A DNA stretch of 63,629 nucleotides, counting the filler, from Bigelowiella natans CCMP2755 (taxonomy: Eukaryota; Protista; Cercozoa), in the NCBI GenBank assembly GCA_000320545.1. It is 7 parts of 7 records of this genome, joined end to end, with 100 filler letters (N's around TTAATTAATTAA, not from the genome) between each part and the next. Parts side by side here need not be neighbours in the genome. Positions count along the whole stretch, not along the records: positions 1 to 28,694 come from ADNK01002288.1; 6 more parts are not named here. One strand, 5' to 3'. A model generated the notes under the pieces. It was not told the origin of the DNA and did not search any database. It saw only the letters and a list, made by a program, of their open reading frames with translations. Both the position numbers and the translations under genes were made by a program. This document shows positions 12,582 through 26,509 of the stretch, piece by piece. Numbering within the stretch: the first letter of the stretch is position 1; each line of letters opens with the position of its first letter.

Positions 12582-12880
12582 TTATAAATATATTTGTTTA
12601 TAAATGTGTGTGTGTGCTATGAAAATACCGATGATTCCACGTCTTAGGTCTGATGTGGGGAAAGTGAAGGATATTGTCGAAGGAGAAAGCAGAGGGGGGA
12701 CAACAGGTGTTATGGAAAAGGTGGTGGGAAAAGCAGCACCTGATAAAACTGCCTCTTGGTCATCATTATTTTGGTTATTATTCACGGTGTCAAAGTACGG
12801 CATGTCCACATTTGAAATGGTAGTAACAAAGAAGATATCATCATCATTATGCCAAGAAATGCTAAGAGAGTTTGTTTGTG

Positions 12881-12951
<71 letters not shown>

Positions 12952-13637
12952 TCGGAATGGTGATCAGGGCTATTATTTACATGGAGGAGCTTAACGACGG
13001 TTGAGTAAGATAGATGGCAGCACACATTCTAGTATTTGTTCTTCTGATATAAGTGTTGTTGTTGTTGTTGTTGTTGTTGAAGGTGAATCGTTTAGCTAAT
13101 ACACTTGGTGTCCATGAACATCACATTAAGTACTACTACTACTACTACTACCACTACTGCTACTACTACTACCGATTATCATCCTTTGTTTGTGTTGGAT
13201 CATCTACTAATCACCCCCACCAACTCCTTCTTGATGATTCAAATGCCTAATTACACTACAACTTCTTCAACAATTTCTGTTTGATCACTTTGTGTAATTA
13301 TTATTAATATTAATAAAAGGTATAACGGCATGAAGGATGCATACGCTATAACCGCTCAAGAAATTTCCATTCCATCTGATCAAATCAACGATATCAAAGA
13401 CCTTTTCCGTGTAAAATTGAGGCAGGTCAGGAAATGATAGTTGATAATAGGAAAGATAATAACAAAATTATGATGACGATGATGATGATGATGATGATAA
13501 TGATGATGATACTAATGACGATGATACTTGGTGTTTAATAACATATAGTAGTATTTTACTTGTTGGCTGACAGTTTGGATGTTTTTTCCCTCCTCCTCCT
13601 CCTCCTCCTCCTCCTCCTCCTCCTACCACTATTACTA

Positions 13638-13669
<32 letters not shown>

Positions 13670-13863
13670 ACTACTGATAATTCTATGACAACGGACACAA
13701 CTACGTTTGAGCGTGTAGGCAAGGATTGGTGATCTTCATCTATCTAGCAAACCATGCAAACTTGGTGAATAACTTTACCGCTGTCCTCAACATTATCATC
13801 ACCTGTTTCTCAGAATCGTCAATTCCTAAAAACACATATGGTGTATTTATGTAATACGCATAC

Positions 13864-13898
<35 letters not shown>

Positions 13899-14074
13899 GT
13901 TTGATTTAGACGTCGAAGCGAAAAATTGGTAGGTAGTGTCGAGCAATAATTCATAGTTTGATGATTTAAACTCCTCCCCCCCCCCTTCCTCTTCCTCTCA
14001 TGTCTTCTATTCTTTCGATTCTTATACCCACCCACAGGTTCTCATGGAGGAAATTGCTTTACAATTACACTAAA

Positions 14075-14107
<33 letters not shown>

Positions 14108-14412
14108 GAATAAGAGATAGTCGCTCATAAAGATGATTCTGCAAATGTGTGATTGTAATATTTGTTTTATCATCGATTAAATATGTTGATGATATAATTC
14201 GTATTGGATGATGATGCATCAACTGCATTATCGTAAATGTGGCTTGTGTGGTGTTTGTCCTCTCTTATCACCATAGATGTCACGTGTGGGGTTCAATGGA
14301 ATCAAGGAGGTAAGTTACATGCTCGTGTCGCTTTGTTCCCATCATTACCTTCTTATCATCATTTTTCTTATATTCTTTGGCATAGAATGGTCAAAATTTC
14401 ATACGTATTAAT

Positions 14413-14448
<36 letters not shown>

Positions 14449-16150
14449 GGATAAGAGATCATATTTCTCTCTGCATCATCACCACACGTGTTCTTCTGCC
14501 TGCCCTCTATTTTGTTAATTTTGTTCAACGAAGGACGACAAGATTGAGATAATTATTTTCCTTCTTTTTCCAAGGAATCTTTTTCGTAGTGTGTCAATGA
14601 TCAATTGAGTGAATTATGCGTATGTTTCATTTGTCCTACTACTATCTTATTATGGTAGGAGAAGAAAGAATATCAAAAGCCATCAACTCATGGAAGAATG
14701 AAGGGTAATATGTAGTAGTAGTAGTAGTTGTTGTTGTAGGCACAACAAGAGGAGAATGGTGGTGTATGATATAATTGTGTATGATATGATGATGATGATG
14801 ATGATGATGGCGACGACCAGGATTTGGTAGTGCTGCTGCAGGGGATAGATGATAGTAGTAGTAGTAGTAGTAGTAGTAGAGGAGGAGGAGGAGGAGGGGG
14901 AGGAGTTTATGATCATACTGCATTTACTTTGGTGCTATAAATAGTTGATGGAGAGCATGCTAGTTATGTTACTTCCTACGTGTCCTATATGATGTTGTTG
15001 TTACACTTTAATTATTAGATTTATCAACTATTACGGACAACAAAGATTTACAAACACGGGAATGGATCTTGTTGGAAGATATTATCTTTGGTAGTAGTAG
15101 TAGTAGTACGATACTACCTCATGATAATAAACCATAGCAATACAGAGAGGGAGGAGGAGGAGAAGCAGTAGATGTCCTTGTATGAACCGTATTACACAGG
15201 TGCTCAGCAAGCTGATGGTTCTTGTTCTCTTTATGTCAACCTCTTCTTTTCTTATCTCCTCTTTGCCCTCCACGTCTCTACATACAATTGATGCCTGTTT
15301 GTTTGTGTTGTTCTTTCTTCTTTCACGTAGTGGTGATTATCGAGCTGCATTATCAGCATTGCTTCTACCTTGCCTCAAAACCGGCAATGGTTTGAATAAC
15401 CAAGGGGAGAGTGTAATCCAAAGCTTTATCGATGAACAAAAACGAGTCGGTAGCAGCAGTAGTAGTAGTAGCAGTGGTAGTAGGAGGAGAAGGACAAGAT
15501 TCTCATCGGCCAACAATGACGATACTAAGAAAGAGGACTTTGAAAAATACGATGATGACATCGTTGAAGATGTAGGAGAAGACAAAGCTTTGCAACTTGG
15601 TAGGCAATTCGCTGAATACATGGTAGGTATTAATAATAATGTATCATCATCATCATCATCATCATTATCATCATTTTCATCGTGCATAGTAGTATTTCTC
15701 CCGTAGCATAATGCCGTTTTCTTAGCTTTATTATTGTACTTGATCTCCTTCTCAATCTAACACCTTTGTTGTTATTGTTGTTATTGTTCTTAACTCCTGG
15801 ATTGGTGATGATCTCTTAATAATAGGTGTATCTAATGCAATCTGGAATGTTGATGGACAACGTACGAGTATTTGTTAGAATATTCATGATGATGATGATG
15901 ATAATGAAACTAACTTAGAGCTATGATTTTCAATAATAAGTATACGTGGTTTTATATTGAAAGATGATGGATAAATCGAAGGAGCGACGTCGCACCATGG
16001 CATGGATGATGATAGATAACGTGCAAAAGGTAAAGGTGGTGGTGGTGGTGGTGGTTTAGAGATCTGTTCATTATTAGCGTATAATCGATCACTGTGATAG
16101 CAGTAGCCATAGGCAGCTGCCTGCTGTAGTGTCCTCCTCCTCGTCCACAG

Positions 16151-16192
<42 letters not shown>

Positions 16193-16953
16193 TAGATTTG
16201 TTAGTATTGAGGCATTCGAAGATGGTGGATGATGCTGACTTACTTTGTGTATAAAATGATGATCATCATGATGATGAGCTGGGGGAAAGACTATCATTAG
16301 AGCTTGCTTCCTCACGATTAATGACAATTTGTCTGCTATGATTTTGTATGATCAGAATATGAACAAGATGGATATTACCAGGAAGCATACTACTTCTACT
16401 AGTAGATTTTTCAACAACGAATATGACGAGGATGAGTCATCCTCCTCCTCCTCCTCCTCCTACTCAAATGCTACTAATACCGCTACTCCAAGGAACCATC
16501 GAGGTCATCATCGTTTAATAGAAGCTATTTGCAGGTGGTGCTATACTATACCGTTATAATTATCATTATTATTATATTTATTATTTAATGCGTTGTTCAT
16601 CTTGATCATAAATCACTATTATTGTCACCGCTATTTACTTTTCATCCTCCCCCTTCCCCCCCCCCCTCCTCCTCCTCCCCCCCCTCTTCCGTCTCCCCCC
16701 TAAGAGCATCGTTTCTTCAAATTCCATATCGACATCGTATGATGGCAATTAGTGCATATAATAGCAAGGTGGGTGGTGGTGGTGGAATAACACGAAGGAC
16801 ATACACAAAAGAGCAGCAAAATGTGCAATGAGATGTTCAGTGTACGAGTTGATGTACGAAAAAGTGGTAGTAGTAGTAGTAGTAGTAGTAATAGGTAGTA
16901 GTCGTCGCAGTAGCAGCAGGGAGGAGGAGCATAGTTATGAAATCATACACTAT

Positions 16954-16987
<34 letters not shown>

Positions 16988-17018
16988 CATACATATCCCT
17001 ATTCGCTGTTTCGCGCGC

Positions 17019-17055
<37 letters not shown>

Positions 17056-18306
17056 TGCAAGGTTAGCAAACTTGAAATTGCATAGCTGACTCAACTTTCT
17101 CTTCTTGTTTCTTGTTTCTTCTTCTTTATCGTTGGAATTGATCGACGGAAAGTAGGTTTGGAATCACATCGCTTCAGAGAGAATACGCTTGTTTGGGGTA
17201 GCAGTAGCGAAGGGCGACCTGCTTTCCATTTGCAGCAACCGCAGCAATCCAACACCAAGTACTATGTCAACGAAACCAGTGTACTGCTACTCTGAAGAAG
17301 AAGTAGAAGAAGAACAAGTAGTAGTAGTAGCACGAATGCCACAAGGGTCAATCATCAAAGCCAACTCTGCTGATGATACTACAAGAAGCAGGAGAGAAGA
17401 AGAAGATATTGATGATGATGATGATGATATTCTCAAAGAGCAACGACAGTCATCCTCCTCCTCCTACTCAATTTTTGACATCGTGCTAACTCTAGCGGGA
17501 GAAGGCCAACAGTTTCCTCATAATGTTGTGGGAGATATACACAGAGAATTTCTTTCCAGAGACGGCACTATTGGTATGTGTTTATGTTTAAAAACAACAT
17601 CCTAGAAAATAATGCTGTGATGCTGTTAACCTTATCATTTTGTGCATACCCGGGTACAACTTGATAATATACTTCTAGCAGCAAATCGTTATTTTACCAC
17701 CACATCTCTATATCATATCTTCAATCACTATTATCATCCTCAAATAAGACGCTTGGCGTGTGGAAGGAAAGATGAGGAAACGATATCTCCGTACGGCACA
17801 TTATAGAGCGGTAGTAGTAGTAGTAGTAGTAGTAGTAGAGGAAGAGAAGAAGATGTTGCTGTTGTTGTTACCGTGTTATTCGAGTAGTAACATATTGTAC
17901 GATAGACTTTAAGATTTTGATGAGCCATTTTGTATTATTCACCTCTTTGATGTGATGTGGCGAGATGCATCATCATTTACATTACAATTCTGCCATTGAT
18001 GATACTCTTACCTCATAGCTGTTTCGACGTCCTTCCAACGTTTCTTGGACTGCTAGTAAGGACGACGCTGAGTATAAGCCACAAAAGCAGCAGTATAGAC
18101 GGCGGCAAAGATCGTCATTATCAACACCATCCCCACCACAATCATTAAGTTGTTGGTGCTCCGAGTTAGATAAGAGGGATCATCGTGGTACTGCTGCTAC
18201 TACATGCAGCCATTCATCATCATCATGCATCAAGCTCAGATTTTCGCTTGGAAGTGGCGAGTTTGCAACTGTTGCTATGAGAGAGTTGTTCGCGATGAGC
18301 AAGTAA
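10582..18306 (+). CDS. PUS7: TruD/PUS7-family pseudouridine synthase, many exons, long N-terminal extension
   Basis: Ordered exons: LKALHRDFIVQEI (11.95-12.05 kb), FTVSKYGMSTFEM|VNRLANTLG, KYNGMKDAYAITAQEISI (catalytic Asp), KLG|SHGGNCFTITL, FINYYGQQRF (15.02 kb), IPYRHRMMAISAYNS, SIFDIVLTLAG, LRFSLGSGEFATVAMRELFAMSK*. Start codon tentative. Confidence 0.88.
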
Positions 18307-18930
18307 TAGCTGCTGCTTGTTTGTTCATGATGTCACCATGCATGCTAGCATGTTCCTCTAAAAATCGGTGGTATAATTGTTCCATACGCGATAACGTTAT
18401 CACAATCCTTTGCATATATTTCATTCCATATTTCACTACACCTGCTACCTGTAAGCTCGACTTATTGCGTGTAACAATGCTTGCCATGCATGTGTATTTC
18501 TCACCACGCATCAACTTCTAGTGAATGTCAATTTTCTGCAACATCGATGCCATGAGCTGCCCAAGTCGTTTGTACTTTATTGATACTATGTTTAGCCCGC
18601 ATAACTGACCCCACTATTTTTTCGCGAATGCCTTTGTTGCGCAGGGCACCTGCTGTATTATCTAGCTATTGCTAGATTGCGGATTATGCGCTTATGCATC
18701 ATCATTATGAGTTCATACAACGCTAGAACGGTTAGCAGTCTGCACTGCTTGCGTGCTGAAATTCACAGCGGATTTGCAGGGGTATCTACACGCGCCTACA
18801 GCTATGGCAAGATGTGCAAGCTCTTCAACAAACTACGATCGATGTTCTTTCTAGCCTGTTATATGATCCTATGAGGTAGCATAAATGTTCTATGCTCATA
18901 CTATTTCATAGCCGCATCCGTGTGATATTA

Positions 18931-21284
18931 TTATTCTTCCTGCTGTTGTCTTCTTTTTCTCCTAGATGCGTAGTAACGATTCCATCTATTAAATTTACCC
19001 CCTGCAAGTTTCCTTCCTCTTGATGTTCTTGCCGCCATTTCTCCCCCTCCTTCCTCTTTTCCTATTGCTGCTCTCACATCTACTCCTGCACTACCTCTCG
19101 TACCACCCCTGAAATGATGCACGTCAGATCTTCCAGTAAGATGATTTTGGCTTTTCCTTTGTCCGCCTCTGCCTTTGTAGTTATTATTGTTGTTCTTCCT
19201 TCTTCTGTACTTCTTTAGAGAATCTGCTTTTTGAATGTCCATACCATTAGCGATTTGGACGGCAGTTGGCCAGGTATCATCGAGAAGTAATGAGGTATGA
19301 TCTTCTCTTCTACGTCGTCTACCCGTTGTACCTCCCACGATGGCCATCGTATCATCATCATCACTTCTTGCACATCTCAATACCCAGTCAGTTTTCTCTG
19401 TTGTTCATTCATGAATTGAGACAGCAGCAAGTAGAAAGCACCAAGGGATGGATTACATATTTAGATTAATTGACTATTTCTTAATATTATACACACAACC
19501 TGGTATTTGAGATGATATCATTTTGCTATCGTAGCCATCCCCGTTGTTGCTATTTTTATAGTTGTCTTGAGAGAGGAGTACATCTGCAAGTTGAAAAGCA
19601 GATCGAAGTGCTCCTGCAACCCCTTGACCTCCAAACATATCTCCACAAATAGCTAATCGGGCCACGGAATCATATGCAAAGGCAGGTTTGTCTTCTTTAA
19701 TCTCTGTTTGGGATGAGCAGCCCTGCCAATGGAATGTTGGCACTACAAGACGATATTCATTGATGAGATTAGGTCTGTTGACTACTTTACCAAAAGCCTG
19801 TATGATCTTGTTACCCACCCCTCGCTTATCCCACCTTCATATCATACAGACAACAAAGCAGCAGTCACTTCTTATAATTGAGCTCTGCTGTGCCAAGCAA
19901 CATAACAACTATGTATACATCATTTTAAAAATGGGATGTTGGCGTTGGATGTCGTCATCGTGCAATCATTACCCTCTTCCACCTTTTCCTTTTGCTGTAC
20001 TTTCTTTTATCTTCATTGACCATTCAGGTGTGGCTATTAGCGTCCACGTACTATTTCCTCGTAGCGTCTTCAACCCTCTCTGTTTCTCATCACCTGTATT
20101 ACCTCTAGCAGCGACGGCAAGCTCTGGAATTCCACATATACGGATAGAATCATGGTCATTGATTGGAGGGTGAAATGTTGCCACCACAGTCATAGCAGAG
20201 GCAGCAACAGAACCAGCAGCTGATCCTATGATCCTTTGAGACTCTGGTAGCCCTGCTTCCAACATTTGCTTTATAGAAGCTTTTCGGGCTGCTCTCGGTA
20301 GATAATCGAACGAGTATATGAGATAATCATAGGGGCCGTGTATTTTGCTGTCACAGTCGGTTACATACCTTGAACAATGGGAAGAAGAAGGAGTAGGGTA
20401 GGTAAAACAGGTGAGAATGGTGGTGAGAAAGGTGAATATAATAAACAGTATTGACAGGAAGAAATTCATTTTGGTGGGAAGTCAAATTAAAGCTCCAAGA
20501 TATTGTAATTAGCTTTATGATCAACGAAACAAAGGAAACAGCGGTGGTAATTACCATCCATCTTCTCTTTTCTCTGATTTGCACAGCTGCTCATCTCTTA
20601 CAGTAACGTGTCTATCCTTCTTCAGGGACGATATAAGCTTTTCGATAACGGAAAATAGTCCTCTTTTAGGGTAGTATCTTGATGATGACGAGGATGATGA
20701 GGATGATGATGACGATGGCGAGGAGGAGGTGGGGGAGGAGGAAGGAGGGGAGGGGGAGGGAGAACAGCCCAAATCGTCGTCATTAATTCTTCCGAATAAT
20801 CCTGATTCAGAAGTATAACGTGAGATCCTAAATTTGTCGCTCTTGGACGGTGTTATGAGATTAAGATCGATCCAACGGTTGATTTCCTCCCTGTAGCACC
20901 AATCATTATTACATTCGAATAAATTAGAAACGAAGTTAAAGAAGACGTGTATTGTTGTAGGGAAATAATGTGTTAATTGCTTATCTCCAAGTACAAGGAG
21001 AAGCTATTGTTGAGGGGGAGATGACCCTTTGCTCTATGATATATTTTGTGAATGAATCTTAATTCTTGTATCTATGACGACCTGACTGCCTTCGAAGTGC
21101 TGTCCGGGATTACAAAAGTAGCTGGTGCATATTCACATAGAGGATGGGGTTTATGAATTGACCTAGCTGGGTCAAACATATGCCTGTAAAGATCAATCGT
21201 GTGGCATGTGGCCAGGAGGCGGGCTAGCGTAACCCCTGATACTGTACCACCACAAACAGCAACTTTCTGGGGAGGGGGGGGCAT
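18931..21284 (-). CDS. Renalase-like FAD/NAD(P)-dependent oxidoreductase (paralog 1); 5' end probably extends to about 21.7 kb
   Basis: KVAVCGGTVSGVTLARLL dinucleotide-binding start, HGPYDYLI, WTLIATPEWS, LAICGDMFGGQGVAGALRSA C-terminal motif, Gly/Arg-rich tail. Confidence 0.75.
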
Positions 21285-21929
21285 AGTGAGTTGTCTTAAC
21301 TTATGTCGAACGGATTATATTCATTTATTACCGAATATATATCTAAATCTCATATTTGTAACTTTGAGAAAGCAATGTATGAATCTTGAATCTCTTTCTC
21401 CGTAATATGTACATATATCAGATATATTAGGTGTAAATATTGTTCTATTTATTTACCCTCACATGTGGCGGTCGACAAGGAACGTGGAGGACGACGACGA
21501 CAACGACGAGAAGTCCATCGGCACCACAGATTTGATGAGAATGGATAATTGCTTAAGTCTGAGAGCTAATTTCCTTGTCGCTCATCGAAAAAACCCTCTA
21601 TCTTTCCAAAATAGAACTTCCTCAAAACTCAGGTTGAAACCGAAGACGAGGTGCAAGGTAGGCCACAAGTTGAATTGCATGGTGCGTATCACCACCCTTG
21701 CACTAACCATTTCCTCGCTCTTGATACATCTCTTTCTTTCTTACGGAACCAAGGGAGCAATAATGTCTTCAATAGGAAGTAGTAAAAGGTCAGAATAGAT
21801 GCTTGTCAGGACAATTATGCTGCAAATTTAGTGAGAACACCCCTCTAGGCCTGGGCCATCATCTCGCCGTCATCATCGAGTCTCAAGGCTGGCGAGGTCA
21901 GGAGTGCAGCACTCCCGGCATCAATCAAA

Positions 21930-24900
21930 ATGGCGCGTAAAATCCAAAGGAATTTCTGGAGGAGGAGGAGGAGGAGGAGGAGGAGGAGGAGGAGGAGGAG
22001 GAGCGGGTACAAACATACCCATTAAAATCGCCACCAATTTCCTCATCCCTCTTTGAAAAATATGCACATTTTATTTTACATTTGTAGGAGGGAGTTCATC
22101 TTATTCTTCCTTCGATTCGGGCCCATCGGTTGCTGTGTTAGGATCTGGCATGGGCAGCCATCACCTGTACAAGAGAATTAGCTAAACTTCTAAAAGCATG
22201 CCCCAAAGCACGGGTATTGCTAAATCCTTGTACATCGTATATCCAAGTCTATGGGGCTCATTCTTACTGATTCTATTGATATTGAAAGTGACATGGTTCA
22301 CATCACGTGGTAAACTAGCAACACAAATGGGTAAGAACCACATGGCGTTTCCGAAGCCAAATGTCCCTTACTACGACTATGGAGTGCAGTATATCCTAGC
22401 AACGGAGCCTTCTTTCTGCGAAGACATGAAAACTTACGAAAAATGGGGACTTTGTCAGCCGATCCAGCCGGGGAAGATAGGGGCAATCCACAGCAGACTA
22501 GGAATCGAAAAAGAAGGAAAAGATAATACCACCTTCGAATATAAATCATTTGATTTTTCGAACATAAAAGTCGGGGAAGTTTGGTCGTCGCAAAGGCAAC
22601 AAGCCTATGTAGCGAATGGAGGTTTTGGTTATTTTCGGCCATCTCTAATCGAAAAAACAGCCTCGGAGTTAAAACACATGGGAGTGGAATGGGTTCCAGG
22701 ATTTCCTAACCAAAATGCAAAGATTATCAACATAAATAGAAGAAAGGATGGAAAATGGAATCTTAAAGCGAAGGACGGAACTATCTTTGGTCCCTATGAT
22801 GTAGTCATAGGTGGATTCTCCCAGCATTGTCTAACTGATCCCTTCCTCCTGAGTGGCAAGAAAGACGCCCAGCCTATGTTAGAGTGCCTTCGCAGAGTTG
22901 AATTTAACCAATTGGTTGTCATGCAGGTAGTAGGTCACATACTGCAGCACGATGTATGAGCAGACAACTAATGCATCGTGATTCAATATGTGTCCATACT
23001 TTTGAGGTGACATCATATTTTCACTTACAGGTAGAGTTTCCACGAAGTGTCAGGGCCTCTTTTACAATGGCCTTTATCAATCCAATAATACCTTCTTCGA
23101 CTTCAGCAAGTTTTGAGGATATCATAAGTGAAGAAAGGAGAGGAGAGCTTGGGCAAAAATGCCATCTAACGTCATCATCATCATCATCATCATCATCGAA
23201 GATGAATACTACCCTTAGCTTCATATCTAACAACTCGCAGAAACCTCATCAAAATGGAAAGGTGCGGGTGGGGTTTTAGGACGTGAGCCGTAGAGATGGG
23301 AATTGCCATGTTGTTATTGATGATCGTCACACGTCGTAGCCTTTTGCGTTTAGTAGATATTACTGTCGATGTGAACGTCGGGAAGCACGTCAGAATATTC
23401 TTAAAAAAAAAAACATTTTTTTTACTGTTGACGGAAAGATTAAGCCATACCGTGCTCAAGATCCTGAGCTATGGACTTTAGTGAGCACAGCACATTTTGC
23501 TGAGACTCAATTTCACACCAATCCAAAGGTAGAATATAGACGAAAAGATGGCTATGGTCACTCATAAACATGCTCATGTGTGTTATTATCAAAACATCAT
23601 AATTTTTTTGTGAACAAAGCACAAGTTCTGAGGTTGTGGCTACAATTTCATGATTGGTTAAGGGTTACCGTAAAATTGCTGAGAAACATATGCTGGCCGA
23701 TTTCGCAAAAATACTTGGCAAAAGGTGTGAACCCTGTTTCGTCACCAATTCCATAGCAAGTTAAACTGCGATTTGCATTGAGAAAGACGACAAAGCGAGA
23801 CTGAACACGGTTTTTGATGTATGTATCTTTCAGAGTAGAGGATCTAGGGCGTTACAAAATTAATCGCATTAATCATTGGGAAGATGCAGTGCCTGTCACA
23901 GTGCCAACTCCCCCAACGAAATCTAGCAGACAACAAAGCAGAAATAGTAATATGAAAGGATGCACGGGTAATAATAACGGTATGGTAGCTCACAGGGACC
24001 TTCATAACGATTCTCTTCTCCATCACGGTTGCTACGATCTTGCTTGCGGCTATCTATTCGACACCAATGCGATGTTAGCTTGGTGTGGGGACTTCTGTGT
24101 TGCACCAAGTAATGATTGGAGAGTGAGAAACATCAAATATATTGATCATAGGAAAGAATGCACTAAATATTTCTCTCCTTTCAAACATACATTAACGTTA
24201 GGTGTGGAAGGAGCCGCTCTCAGTGGTAGAAAAGCAGCGAATGCAGTTGTCAAAGAGCTTTCATCCAAGGCAAGAACCATGATGAGTGGGGAATATCAAA
24301 ATGAGTATGTTGAGTATAATGTTTACGGAGATATTTATGACGATAAGATATCCTCTGTAATGGCAATGATGTGTTGAATAATCAGTTAATAGATTTCATG
24401 ATTATGCAGATTAAATCCTTGGATTCGGAGACTTTCTCTCCTACCTCTTCACCAGCAGCATCAGTAGCAGCACCGTGTAGGCTGCCATCGAATAAATCTC
24501 TATGGCCAACTTACCAATCTATATGTTCCTCCTCATTTCCCCTTTCGGCTTCCTCATCTACTCCGACTTCAACAGCTGCGGAAGTGGTTACGACGATAGC
24601 TCACACAGATATCGGTAGCTTGTCAACAATATGAGTAATACAAAAGTTAGTTACTGAAAATCAGCTTAATGTGTAGTTGTGTACAAGATAGAAAATAATT
24701 TCAGTTTTTGCTGTATCACTGTTTCACTTTCTGTCATTATTCAAAATGCATTTAGGTTCGTTCCCACTTAAATGTTGCGGACTCATGGATCATTTTACGC
24801 ACACAAATTTGGTGCCATCAGCTGTAGGGGGGTACAAGAAAAAAATTGCAAAATATGGAGCAGGAAGGCAAATGGGGAGGGTTCAAGAAAGTAGTAGGGG

Positions 24901-24976
24901 GTCGGCACGTAACACATATTCGAGGAACAGAAGCAAATCACGAGGACTTGGAAGAGGTGGGGGTGGACGGAGCTAA
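21930..24976 (+). CDS. Renalase-like FAD/NAD(P)-dependent oxidoreductase (paralog 2); two compensating homopolymer indels near 22.15-22.20 kb
   Basis: VAVLGSGM(AAITCTRELA), YYDYGVQYI, FGPYDVVI, INHWEDAVP, LAWCGDFCV..GVEGAALSGRKAA, RG-rich tail. Start tentative. Confidence 0.8.
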
Positions 24977-26509
24977 GTGATCGGCAAACGCTAGGCGTAA
25001 ATTATTTATATGACATGGATACAAATTATAAGTGTTGTGTCGTAGCTAGGAGGCTAGATGATTATGATGATGTACAGCAGCACCTACATGCACATGTGAT
25101 GTGTAAAGTGTTACGGCAGCAGGTGATCTCTCGGGTGATCAGTGCATCGTAGGCCACCATTGGGCACGGTCACATCTCGAGCAAACGTGTAATTCGCGCA
25201 GATTTTTGTTGATAACTTTTGATCTAGATTACTTTGCGCAACGCGTAGAAGCGGTGCGATCGAAGTATAGAAGCGGGAACACCCATAAAACAATGTGTGT
25301 GGGACGAGTTTTCGCGATTCTAGCGCATTCAGGATGTGCGCGTGCGAAACTGCAGGGTTTGAACGAGATCTTGTGGTGCGTGCATGCGCATATGCGATGC
25401 TAACCAGCCAAAAGCCTAGCTTACTAGATTGCGCCAGCATCGCATGCTCCAGCGCTAGCACGGCTCTAGGGCTTGCTAGCTAGACTGATGGCTCTAGCTA
25501 GCTAGAGCTGCACGTCACGTTATCCACTAGTCACATGTGCCACGTGCATGTGCATGCTAGCATGCGCGCGCTGTGGCATGCATGCAGATGCATCTATAGG
25601 TCACATAGATGAGACATACGACACACCATCAAATGTCCACTGCGTGGTCAGCAGTCAGCATGCTAGCATCGCTAAATCTGGAATGAATGAATTTAGAAAT
25701 GTCCAGCCAGATGTCTAGCTATAGATGTGCCGCCCGAACCAATTTGGTCCAGACGCATGTGCACATCTCTAGATCTGCTGGATGCACACGTGTGCACACA
25801 GCGATCGATGCTGTCTCACAACGCTAGAACGTGCTAGCCATCGCTAGATCGCTACGAATGCCAGCTACACATTGACATCGCTAGTAGCTCGATCTGTGCT
25901 AGTGTTAGTTAGTTGTAGTTGCACGTTGCTGATGTCCACATGGCTCAGATGGACGCACATGACAAAGCTAGCTAGCTAGCTAGCTGGAAAGCCAGCAGCC
26001 ACACATGCATGCATGTCGTGCACAGCTGATGCAATCGATCTAGCAATGCGCTGTGTGGCTCACAGTGGATCAAGCTTGGTAGCTTGGTGGCTCGCTAGCT
26101 TGTCTGGACTAGCTAGTGGACGCTACGAGCCATGCCATGCGCCACGCTGCATGTGGCATGTCTTGTCTGGACGCACACATGCATTGCAACATCATGTGTG
26201 TTGAAGCAGGCATCACGACTAGCAGCACTCACAACTGCATCAATCCCGGTAACGAGTGGGTTTTGAAAAAACTGTGCTTTGCGCGTGCGGCCTGCTAGCC
26301 TGGCGCGCTCAATCGTTGCAATTTGACACTGGAAGCACACTGGCTAGCAGCTGGAGCCTGTTTGTTGAGGTTCAAATTTGATTTTTTTTCGAATTTCAGC
26401 TTGAGCACCTCATTTTTCAACGCCTGCCAGCGGGCGAAAATTGAAAAATTCTTGCCACTTTTGAACACGCTAGCGCATTTGCATTTGCGTGCCACAAGTT
26501 TTGCAAGCT

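Noticed and set aside
10400-13030. Minus-strand gene suggested by ORFs 11879-12109, 12214-12453 and 12582-13025
   Set aside because: These are antisense shadows of PUS7 exons, which carry recognisable motifs on the plus strand.
13760-13800. Apparent stop/frameshift in PUS7 (KLGE*)
   Set aside because: CTTG|GTGAAT is a donor; splicing to the exon at about 14039 gives KLGSHGGNCFTITL in frame.
22150-22200. Programmed frameshifting, RNA editing or pseudogenisation in oxidoreductase 2 (similar indels in HCCS near 28857 and near 56015)
   Set aside because: An extra G in a G-run and a missing A in an A-run compensate within 45 nt. Homopolymer or slippage consensus error is the simpler explanation without reads.
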